Below, in pieces: positions 7,362-14,482 of a DNA stretch of 15,698 bases; positions within the stretch are counted from its first letter, which is position 1; every line of letters begins with the position of its first letter. This stretch comes from Fidelibacterota bacterium. GTDB taxonomy: Bacteria; Fidelibacterota; Marinisomatia; Marinisomatales; TCS56. Location of the stretch: NCBI GenBank assembly GCA_043822705.1, contig JBDRBK010000066.1, positions 1 to 15,698 on the forward strand, written 5' to 3'. The notes below the pieces were generated by a model that was given only the letters and a program-made list of their open reading frames with translations, did no database searches and was not told the DNA's origin. The position numbers were made by a program, and so were the translations under genes.

Positions 7362-9677
7362 TTACCGATCGCCAGCAGGTGAATAATCGACCCAGATCGG
7401 ACTGCTCCAGGCCATTTCATTGTTTTCCTGAATGACCCGCAGGTAGTACCAGTTGGTTCCGGCCGGGATATCCTGGTCGACGAATGTGCTGCGGGCGCCG
7501 CGGCCTTCATGCAAATCCTTGCCCACGACCCGCAGCACCTGATTATTGCGCACCAGCTCAACCATTTTCAGCGGGGCTGACCCGACTACTTCGAACTGAA
7601 TTTCCGGCGGGGTGGTGGTGGCGAAATCGCTGCCCGGCCAGCGGCCGTCGATCAGCAGTTTAATTTCGATGCGGGTGCCGGAGGTGGCGTAACAGGAACG
7701 GGCCTGCAGGGCGGCGAAAACCGCTGCCCGGTCACGGCCGCCGGTCAGAACCGCTGCCAGTCCGCCGGCGCGCGAATCTTCCTTGGGACTCATCCCGTGG
7801 TGATAGCGCAGGCCGTGGCTGTCGGACGAGCCGATGAAGCCGAATTTCAGTCCCCGGGCCAGTCCGTCTTGGATGAAATTACCGGGCATGCCACCGCGGT
7901 GCATCAGGGGCAGGTTGCCCTGATATTCGAATGCACCGTGACCCGACACCAGTTCCATCACCGGCTGGATGACCGGATCGGGGTTGTCCCAGTCGATGCC
8001 GGTCCAGCCGATATGATGGGGCACGGTCAGGGCCGGTTTCCCGGCCAGGCTGTCGAATAGCTGGCTGGTCGTTCTGGCATCGCTGCGATAGCTGAAGATC
8101 GACTGCTCCCAATCATTGAAATAAACATTCTTATGACCGAATCCCTTGGGCAGCCGGGCAGTGGTCCATTCAAAAGCCGGCAGCACGGCAAACTGCCCCA
8201 GTTCGTCCAACATGCGTCCGACGAATTTGATGAATTCCCATTCCGATGGCAGGATCTGGTTGCCGACGAACCATTCGTGGTCGGTCAGGGCGGCGAAATC
8301 ATGGCGGTAAATCCGGCGCGACTTGGTTAAAACCTCATCCGCCGTTCCCATGCCGTCGGAGAGCGAGGAATGGAGGTGGATATCGCCCCAGAGCAGGTTC
8401 AGACTGTCGGGCAGGCGCAGACGGCTGTCCGGCAGCGGTAGAACCGGGCTGGCATATTCGACAACAGGAAGTTGTTCCACACGACCGATCAATTCCGGCA
8501 TAGCTGCGTTGGGATCAATGACCGAATAATAGATGGCCCGAATATCGCGCCGCACGGAATGAATGCGGCCGGCGGCATCGCTGACCGCCCGGACGTACTG
8601 GCCGCGGCCGCCCCAGCCGGGCACATCAAAATTATAGAGCACCGATTTCAGTCCATCATCGACGACCTGGGCCAGGAAGCCCTGAGAAGGTCGACCGAAG
8701 ATCCACAGCCGGTCGGCATTGTCATAGGTCAGGGTAGGAAATTCGAAACCCTGGTCCTCACCGGACTTGTCCCAGTCCGCCGGACCGGCCGGGGTGAACA
8801 CTGGTGACAACCGCCCACGATCCAGGTGGCGGTAATTGATCCAGGGCGTCAGGCCGATTTTGCCTGCCGGTTGCAGGTTGGTTTTCCAGGCGATGGTAAC
8901 CTGACCCGGCCGACGGCTGGCCAGGGCCGGGGTGAGGTTGAAACCAGCGCTGGGACTGACCTGAATCTCCGGCTCCCAACCGTTCCTGGTCAATTGGCGG
9001 ACGAACACCTGGTAGCCGTCCCCGGCTTGGCGGTCCCAGGCCAGGAACACTTCGCCGTCCCGGGTCTGCTGCAGCACCGGACGCAATTCCATTTCCGGCG
9101 TATTGGTCACTGCTTCGGGCAGGCTGGCACCGTCGGCGTCCAGTCGGGCCGCCAGCAGGTCGGTCTGACCATCACTTTCACTTTCCCAGACGATTAGTAT
9201 CTGGTCGCGATTGAACCGACAGACCGCCGGACGGATATCGACGGTGGGAGCGCCGGAGATACGATATTCCGCTGACAATGTTCGGTCACTGTAACGCCGG
9301 GCATAAATATCCCAGTTACCATCACGCTTGGCGGACCAGACCACCCAGACGCCGCCGTTCTCAGCGCCGCAGAGCCGGGGACGGTATTCGAATCCGGTGG
9401 CGCTGCTGACCTGCAACGAATCGATCAGGCGCTCCTGCTGGTATTGCAGCAGCAGGATGCGTTCCCGGTCGTCGATCATTGCGGTGTAAACGATGGTTAC
9501 GACACCGTCGGCAGCCACATGAATATCGGGATACTCGCAGAGCGGTGAAGTGGTGATTTTCAGGTCCCGGATACCCAGGACGGAAAGCGATTTTTGTGGC
9601 GTCAGGTTCGGGGCGGCCGGCTGCTCGGTGCAACCGGTGAAAAGGAGTACCAGGATCAGGGTGATAATCGGCAGCAT
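7362..9677 (-). CDS. Lipoprotein: repeat-rich (beta-propeller-like) N-terminus plus PHP-like metallohydrolase (CehA/McbA/DUF3604-like)
   Basis: WGDIHLHS, ALTDHE, VPHH and GFIGSSDSH metal motifs, and a C-terminal YYLRVIQENNEMAWSSPIWV. ATG 9677 is preceded by GAGGA and followed by the lipobox LFTGC. N-terminal units of the form 'RP.....G.V.vvW.....G..DIY' repeat several times. Confidence 0.85.
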   Translation of the reverse strand: MLPIITLILVLLFTGCTEQPAAPNLTPQKSLSVLGIRDLKITTSPLCEYPDIHVAADGVVTIVYTAMIDDRERILLLQYQQERLIDSLQVSSATGFEYRPRLCGAENGGVWVVWSAKRDGNWDIYARRYSDRTLSAEYRISGAPTVDIRPAVCRFNRDQILIVWESESDGQTDLLAARLDADGASLPEAVTNTPEMELRPVLQQTRDGEVFLAWDRQAGDGYQVFVRQLTRNGWEPEIQVSPSAGFNLTPALASRRPGQVTIAWKTNLQPAGKIGLTPWINYRHLDRGRLSPVFTPAGPADWDKSGEDQGFEFPTLTYDNADRLWIFGRPSQGFLAQVVDDGLKSVLYNFDVPGWGGRGQYVRAVSDAAGRIHSVRRDIRAIYYSVIDPNAAMPELIGRVEQLPVVEYASPVLPLPDSRLRLPDSLNLLWGDIHLHSSLSDGMGTADEVLTKSRRIYRHDFAALTDHEWFVGNQILPSEWEFIKFVGRMLDELGQFAVLPAFEWTTARLPKGFGHKNVYFNDWEQSIFSYRSDARTTSQLFDSLAGKPALTVPHHIGWTGIDWDNPDPVIQPVMELVSGHGAFEYQGNLPLMHRGGMPGNFIQDGLARGLKFGFIGSSDSHGLRYHHGMSPKEDSRAGGLAAVLTGGRDRAAVFAALQARSCYATSGTRIEIKLLIDGRWPGSDFATTTPPEIQFEVVGSAPLKMVELVRNNQVLRVVGKDLHEGRGARSTFVDQDIPAGTNWYYLRVIQENNEMAWSSPIWVDYSPAGDR

Positions 9678-9781
9678 GGCGGTCCTCGTGTGGCTGAAAG
9701 GCAATTAGCGATTGACTGTGGCGTTTAATTTAGCTGAATCGGCGGATATGTCGAAACAGCATTTTGCCGGCAATCGCAGGA

Positions 9782-10174
9782 TCAGCACCGGCGCTGGTCG
9801 AGGCTGAAAATTCCCGCCCCGCGAACAAAAATAAACAGGAACAGAAAACAGTACAGCACCGCCAGTTCGCCGCGGTTCATGATCGGCAGCAGATCGTTCA
9901 ATCCATGTTTCCACCAGTAGGCCACCGCCATCAGTCCCGCCGACAGGAACGCCGCCGGCCGGGTGAAAAAACCGAGCATGACCAACAGACCGCCGATCAG
10001 TTCGATCGGTCCCGCCACCCAGGTAATCGGCCAGGGGGCCGCGCTACCGGCGACCGGGAAACCGAACACCTTATTGGTTCCATGCCAGAGAAACAGGAAG
10101 CCGGTCACGATCCGCAGCAGGGCGTAGACCTGGGGTTCGAATCTTGATAAAGCAGAGGTTGGGAATTTTGTCAT
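9782..10174 (-). CDS. DoxX family membrane protein
   Basis: LLRIVTGFLFLWHGTNKVFG, IELIGGLLVMLGFFTRPAA, GELAVLYC and GAGIFSLD motifs. Confidence 0.92.
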   Translation of the reverse strand: MTKFPTSALSRFEPQVYALLRIVTGFLFLWHGTNKVFGFPVAGSAAPWPITWVAGPIELIGGLLVMLGFFTRPAAFLSAGLMAVAYWWKHGLNDLLPIMNRGELAVLYCFLFLFIFVRGAGIFSLDQRRC

Positions 10175-10227
10175 TTGCAGATCTGTTTTGAATTAGTGAA
10201 TTGACAAACGAATTGATTGTGCCGCTA

Positions 10228-10335
10228 TTATTCGGTTTCCAGGCGTTTTAAAACAGCTACTGATAAGACTATTCCCAGTCCGCCGATCACAAACAACAGC
10301 ACCGCCACGGCCACGCTGATCTTGGTGTTTTGCAT
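10228..10335 (-). CDS. Putative small single-pass membrane protein (35 aa; 49 aa if it starts at 10377)
   Basis: Manual translation MQNTKISVAVAVLLFVIGGLGIVLSVAVLKRLETE, ending in a tandem TAA TAG. It fills the intergenic gap and is co-oriented with doxX. RBS is weak. Confidence 0.55.
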   Translation of the reverse strand: MQNTKISVAVAVLLFVIGGLGIVLSVAVLKRLETE

Positions 10336-10453
10336 ATCGTACTTTCTTTTAACCGGTAAAATTAGGAATTTCCCCATGTCAGACCAACCGTCTGATCCGG
10401 TTGTGCTGGAGGGCGGGGCGGAATTCCCTGTCCTGGAAAAGAGTCAAGGTCGT

Positions 10454-10459
10454 TATAAT
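10454..10459 (+). promoter_or_regulatory. Possible -10 element for the SGNH hydrolase gene
   Basis: Perfect TATAAT followed by a GGAGGT RBS-like sequence before ATG 10486. No convincing -35. Confidence 0.4.
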
Positions 10460-10485
10460 CCGGATAAACCGGGAGGTGGGATGGA

Positions 10486-11331
10486 ATGGAATGGGTACTG
10501 CTGATAATTGTTGCCGGGCTGGCAGCCATTGCGGGAATCATCCTGATCTATGGCAATATCGTCGCCCGACGCCTGCCGATCAATTGTCCGGCGCGGTTTC
10601 TGTCCCGGCCACGAATCGACCAAAAAGTCGTGGTCTGCGTCGGCGACAGCATCACTCACGGCCGGGTCAGCGCCAATTATGTGGACCTGCTCGGCACGCG
10701 CTTGGGGGAAGACTATCAGGTGGTCAATGCCGGCATCAATGGTGAACTGGCTTGGAATGTGCTACAGCGGATCGATGAAGTAATCACCTGCCGCCCGGAT
10801 TATATCACAATCCTGATCGGCACCAACGATGCCAACACCACCCTGGACCGGAAAAACCAGCGCGAGGCCCTGCGGGCAATGAAACTGCCGCAGGTACCGA
10901 CGGCCGAATGGTACCGGGAGAGCCTGGAGGAAATCTGCCGGCAGTTGAGCGCCCGAACCACCGCCCAAATTGCCCTGCTGTCGCTGCCGCCGATCGGCGA
11001 GGATTTTACCCATGTGGGTTATCAACGCACGATGGAGTACAGCACTATCATCCGGGAGACCGCCGCGCGACACGGCCTGACCTACCTGCCGCTGCACGAA
11101 ACGATGACCGCCGTTCTGCGGCAATACAACCAGCCAGCAAAACTATCCTACGATGACGGGATTAGTCTGGTGATGTACAAAGGAATCTTCGATCATATCA
11201 TCCGCCATAAGAATTACAACGATATCGCAGCTGCCAACGGATTTCAGTTTTTGACCGACTTTCTGCATCTGAACGAGCGGGGAGCGGAACTGGTGGCGGG
11301 GATAGTGGCAGGATTTGTATCCGATTTATAA
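10486..11331 (+). CDS. SGNH/GDSL hydrolase with N-terminal membrane anchor
   Basis: Blocks VGDSIT, NAGING, IGTND and TDFLHLN. Hydrophobic N-terminal helix. Confidence 0.93.
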   Translation: MEWVLLIIVAGLAAIAGIILIYGNIVARRLPINCPARFLSRPRIDQKVVVCVGDSITHGRVSANYVDLLGTRLGEDYQVVNAGINGELAWNVLQRIDEVITCRPDYITILIGTNDANTTLDRKNQREALRAMKLPQVPTAEWYRESLEEICRQLSARTTAQIALLSLPPIGEDFTHVGYQRTMEYSTIIRETAARHGLTYLPLHETMTAVLRQYNQPAKLSYDDGISLVMYKGIFDHIIRHKNYNDIAAANGFQFLTDFLHLNERGAELVAGIVAGFVSDL

Positions 11332-11421
11332 GCGGAACAGGTGAGAAGGATAAGTATTTTGAATTCGCCATCAGGATGCGACCATCGATCGATAAATTCC
11401 TGCCGGTAATATTGCAACGGA

Positions 11422-12354
11422 TTGATGAATAACTACGACCTGTGTATTTTATGGAACTGGGAATTCGACGCTGATTTTGTCGGGTTGCTCGATGCTGCCT
11501 GTTCGCGGCAGGATTTGTCGGTCCTGCAGGTCACGCCGGATAATCTTGCCGAGCGGCTGAATCAACTTAAGGCCGGCTGGATCGATTTCCGTGTGTTCCT
11601 TGACCGTGCCTCCGAGGATGATGACCGGTTTATGCCCTTCGTGAATTGGGCGAATCAGTCTGGTCGCTACTATATCAACCGCTATGAACTGGCTCGGCGC
11701 AGTTGTGACAAGGCAGCGCTGCATTACGATCTGATCCGTGCCGGTCTGCATACGCCCTATTCGTTTATCCTGCCGCCCTATGCGGAACAGCCGGAAATCA
11801 GTGGAATTGACCGGGACAAGTTAGGGGAACGATTCATCTTCAAACCGGTCCGGGGGAGCGGTGGCGAAGGCGTGGTCATGGACCTGGCCGAACTCAGCCA
11901 GGTTATGGCCCTGCGGAAAAAAGACCAGTCCCGCCGCCACCTGTTGCAGGCCTGTATCACGCCGCGCATGTTAGATAATCGGCCGGCCTGGTTTCGCGTG
12001 CTGTATTGCCGGGGCAAAGTCTATCCCTGCTGGTGGCATACCGAAACCCACCGGTATTCAATCGTTACGCCTGACGTGACCGATAGATTCGGTCTTGAAC
12101 AATTGTCTCAGGTGACCGCCACCCTGGCCGCTGTCAGCGGATTGGATATATTCTCGACCGAGATCGCCTTCACCGACGATGACCTGTTTGTAGTCGTCGA
12201 TTATGTCAACGATCAACCCGACCTGCGGCGGCAGTCGGCGGCGGTGGACGGCGTCCCGGATGAAATTGTCCTGGATATCGTGGAACGTCTGGCACAGCTG
12301 GTCGCGGAAAATTGCCGCACGCAGCCGGCCAGGCCGGGCACAGCACCCGGATAG
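11422..12354 (+). CDS. ATP-grasp fold protein (RimK-like), substrate unknown
   Basis: CDKAALH, LHTPYS, FIFKPVRGSGGEGVV, LLQACI, WFRVLY and STEIA...VVDYVND motifs. Start is TTG 11422 or ATG 11425. Confidence 0.75.
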   Translation: MMNNYDLCILWNWEFDADFVGLLDAACSRQDLSVLQVTPDNLAERLNQLKAGWIDFRVFLDRASEDDDRFMPFVNWANQSGRYYINRYELARRSCDKAALHYDLIRAGLHTPYSFILPPYAEQPEISGIDRDKLGERFIFKPVRGSGGEGVVMDLAELSQVMALRKKDQSRRHLLQACITPRMLDNRPAWFRVLYCRGKVYPCWWHTETHRYSIVTPDVTDRFGLEQLSQVTATLAAVSGLDIFSTEIAFTDDDLFVVVDYVNDQPDLRRQSAAVDGVPDEIVLDIVERLAQLVAENCRTQPARPGTAPG

Positions 12355-12450
12355 GCCTGCTCATCGGCAGGTATCGGAGGTTGTCCCTGCCAAGTTGGAC
12401 TGGCTGTTTTGAGTCTATTGGGACTGCCTGGCTGCAGCGGTTATGTGGTA

Positions 12451-13113
12451 TTAATCGGTTCCCGGCGATTTGAAAAGGCCAAGGATGGTCAGACCCTCTT
12501 TCAGGAAATTCGGCATTTCATCCGGGGTGACACGTTTGGAAAGCCGGTAAAATAGCAGCGTGTCCGCTTTGCCTTCGGTGCAAAGTTTGGGATGTTTTTC
12601 GAAATAATCCAATTTGTCGGTCCCAAACAATTCGCGGATAGCTTCCTCATCGACACCCCGCAGCAGGTACTGCCGCGAGAATTCCGGGTGGGAATCGAAA
12701 TCGATATCCTGATAGCCGAAGGCCCCGACTATACGGTGGATCAGATTTTCCGGCCGCAGCGCAAATTCGGGTAAATCCAACCGGCTGGTCCGGAACAGCA
12801 GCACCGTCTGCCGGAAGGTATGGGATTCTTTTCCACCGCCGATGGTGTAGCGGTAATCCATCAGGTACAGATCGACCCCCTGAATCGACCCCTGCAGCAC
12901 GTTGGCGATTTTACGGGAATGTCCCTGGGTGAACAGGTGGAAATGATTGGTCAGGGAATACAGGCGCTCATCGGCTTTATGGCCGAATGTCAGTTTCAGG
13001 GATTCGGCCAGGGCGGTCAGGGCTGCGGTGCGCTGCTTTTCGTAGCGCCAAATCAGGTAAATGATTACCGCCACTGCGGCGATGACTGCGGTGATTATGA
13101 TTGGGAGGGGCAT
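12451..13113 (-). CDS. Membrane-anchored hypothetical protein
   Basis: 220-aa ORF with an N-terminal TM helix followed by a soluble domain (DIDFDSHPEFSRQYLLRGVDEEAIRELF). Host-like GC. Confidence 0.8.
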   Translation of the reverse strand: MPLPIIITAVIAAVAVIIYLIWRYEKQRTAALTALAESLKLTFGHKADERLYSLTNHFHLFTQGHSRKIANVLQGSIQGVDLYLMDYRYTIGGGKESHTFRQTVLLFRTSRLDLPEFALRPENLIHRIVGAFGYQDIDFDSHPEFSRQYLLRGVDEEAIRELFGTDKLDYFEKHPKLCTEGKADTLLFYRLSKRVTPDEMPNFLKEGLTILGLFKSPGTD

Positions 13114-13114
13114 G

Positions 13115-13178
13115 GGCTAACATTTGAGTTGACCTGCTTTATGTGAAGCAAAAAGTCAGGTTGAGCAATTTGTTGGAG
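13115..13178 (-). mobile_element. attC-type integron recombination site (64 bp)
   Basis: Minus strand: R'' CTCCAAC, 5 nt, L'' GCTCAACC, TGAC TTTTTG CTTCA CATAAA GCA, L' GGTCAAC, 6 nt, R' GTTAGCC. Spacing is canonical, with extrahelical G (13163) and T (13156) on the + strand. It begins 4 nt after the stop of an AT-rich ORF. Confidence 0.82.
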
Positions 13179-13555
13179 GTCGTTATTGCGTCCAATCATT
13201 CCAACCACATTTTATGCACTCTATTGCATAATATAGCTCATCTCTTTTACTATCTTCTAGTGTACCCTTTTTTAATTCATTTGAGCCACATTTAGGACAT
13301 GCTTTATATGGTAATGGATCACCACTTTTCATATCTTCATAATCAATGGTTTGTTTATTAATTAAATCATTTAAATCCTCTATGGTTAGATTATCAGCTT
13401 TTGAAGATAAAATTGTATTTTTTAGCTCTTCAGACATTTTTGAAAATATTTTTTCTTGATCATTCGTTGATCTATGATAATAAATATGGGTGAAAAACCA
13501 TGAGACAATGCCACCTGCAATAAAGAGTAATGTTTCCATTCTATTATTTCCCCAA
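13121..13555 (-). mobile_element. Solitary integron-type gene cassette (about 435 bp)
   Basis: Starts at G|TTGGGG (13556-13550) 10 nt before ATG 13539, carries one AT-rich ORF and ends in attC at G|TTAGCC. No integrase in the window. Confidence 0.72.
13183..13539 (-). CDS. Hypothetical cassette protein: N-terminal TM helix and C-terminal Zn ribbon
   Basis: 118 aa from METLLFIAGGIVSWFFTHIYY, with CPKC...CIKC near the C-terminus. Very low GC (14/60 in 13321-13380). Start at 13539 is preferred over 13605 because it lies inside the cassette boundary. Confidence 0.75.
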   Translation of the reverse strand: METLLFIAGGIVSWFFTHIYYHRSTNDQEKIFSKMSEELKNTILSSKADNLTIEDLNDLINKQTIDYEDMKSGDPLPYKACPKCGSNELKKGTLEDSKRDELYYAIECIKCGWNDWTQ

Positions 13556-13697
13556 CTACTATTTATGAAGAATTCCTCATGCCACAAAGTAACAACCCAT
13601 TCCATCCGGAAGCAAACGTGAAAAATGCCAGCGGTGCAATTCTACATCCGGTAGTGAATAAGTTTAATGCGGTTATGATGGTGAGTGCAAGCGTTTT

Positions 13698-13813
13698 CAG
13701 GGGGCAGGGATCAGAGGACTGGGGGCAGGGCCAATAGATAGGAACTGTTGTGCTGAGCGCGTGGTTGCCATATCATCACCGCTGCTCCCCGGCACCTGAT
13801 CCCCTGACTCCTG
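13698..13813. repeat. Imperfect inverted repeat built from degenerate heptamers
   Basis: Left arm (+): CAGGGGG CAGGGAT CAGAGGA CTGGGGG CAGGGCC (13698-13732). Right arm (-): CAGGAGT CAGGGGAT CAGGTGC CGGGGAG CAG (13813-13782). Confidence 0.65.
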
Positions 13814-13831
13814 CGCTTGCTGCTCATAGTT

Positions 13832-13858
13832 AAAAAAAGGGCCCGGAAAACCGAGCCC
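13832..13858 (-). terminator. Rho-independent terminator of the thiolase/DUF35 operon
   Basis: Minus strand GGGCTCGG-TTTT-CCGGGCCC-TTTTTTT, about 33 nt after the stop at 13892. Confidence 0.88.
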
Positions 13859-13891
13859 CATTATATCTTGGCTAATTCTCGGATGTGAAAA

Positions 13892-14482
13892 TTACCCGAA
13901 CGTAAAGCCCTCCGGCAGAGCGGAAGCCGATGTTCCCGCCGGCACCCAGGCCAGGTCCAGAATCGTGTAGGACGGTTTGACGGTCTGGAAAATCGGCACG
14001 ACCTGCATTCCGATTTTCGGTTCGCCCACCGCCAGGTTACCCATCAGGATCGTGCAGACACCTGCGAATTCCACGTTCACGAAGCGGATCGGTATTGGCA
14101 GTGTATTAAAGGCGCCGGTCCGTTCGGTGATCATGAAAGTGTGCACTCTGGCGCCGGTGCGGGCGACTTCGGTCATGTCCACAATCGTATTCTTCGCCAG
14201 GCAGTCGGGGCAGTGAATCCGGAACGGCACGAAAATCGAACCGTGGGCGGGACAGGTAGGATTATCACAACGGGTGCCCAGTAGTTTGCCCTGACCGAGT
14301 CCCTCGAAGAAAGGGGCTTCACCACCGTAGCTGTGGATATGGACGATGTCCCGGGGATTGGTTACACCCAGAAATTTGCCATGCTCATCCCGGATCGGTG
14401 TGGAGGGATTGATGTAATGGAATTTACCCGACGGTTTGTATTTGCCGTTTACGACTTTTACGGTTCCGCGCTGGTCGCTCAT
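13892..14482 (-). CDS. Zn-ribbon/OB-fold protein (DUF35/ChsH2-like), thiolase partner
   Basis: FFEGLGQGKLLGTRCDNPTC...FVPFRIHCPDC Zn ribbon, then an OB-fold (VHTF...KIGMQVVPIF). ATGA overlap with the thiolase stop. Confidence 0.88.
   Translation of the reverse strand: MSDQRGTVKVVNGKYKPSGKFHYINPSTPIRDEHGKFLGVTNPRDIVHIHSYGGEAPFFEGLGQGKLLGTRCDNPTCPAHGSIFVPFRIHCPDCLAKNTIVDMTEVARTGARVHTFMITERTGAFNTLPIPIRFVNVEFAGVCTILMGNLAVGEPKIGMQVVPIFQTVKPSYTILDLAWVPAGTSASALPEGFTFG

Noticed and set aside
9705..9914. 69-aa minus-strand ORF
   Set aside because: Out-of-frame overlap with doxX, and no RBS or motif.
10481..10495. ATGGA ATGGA ATGGG pentamer repeat at the SGNH start as a phase-variation tract
   Set aside because: Only about three units, and partly explained by the Met-Glu-Trp codons.
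12356..12371. CCTGC-TCATCG-GCAGG hairpin as a terminator between convergent genes
   Set aside because: The stem is only 5 bp with no U-tract on either strand.
13540..13605. Longer start of the AT-rich ORF at 13605
   Set aside because: It crosses the inferred cassette junction at 13555/13556. ATG 13539 places the TM helix at the N-terminus.
13698..13813. Repeat region as a CRISPR array or IS ends
   Set aside because: Units are degenerate 7-mers without spacers, and there is no cas or transposase gene or evident target duplication.
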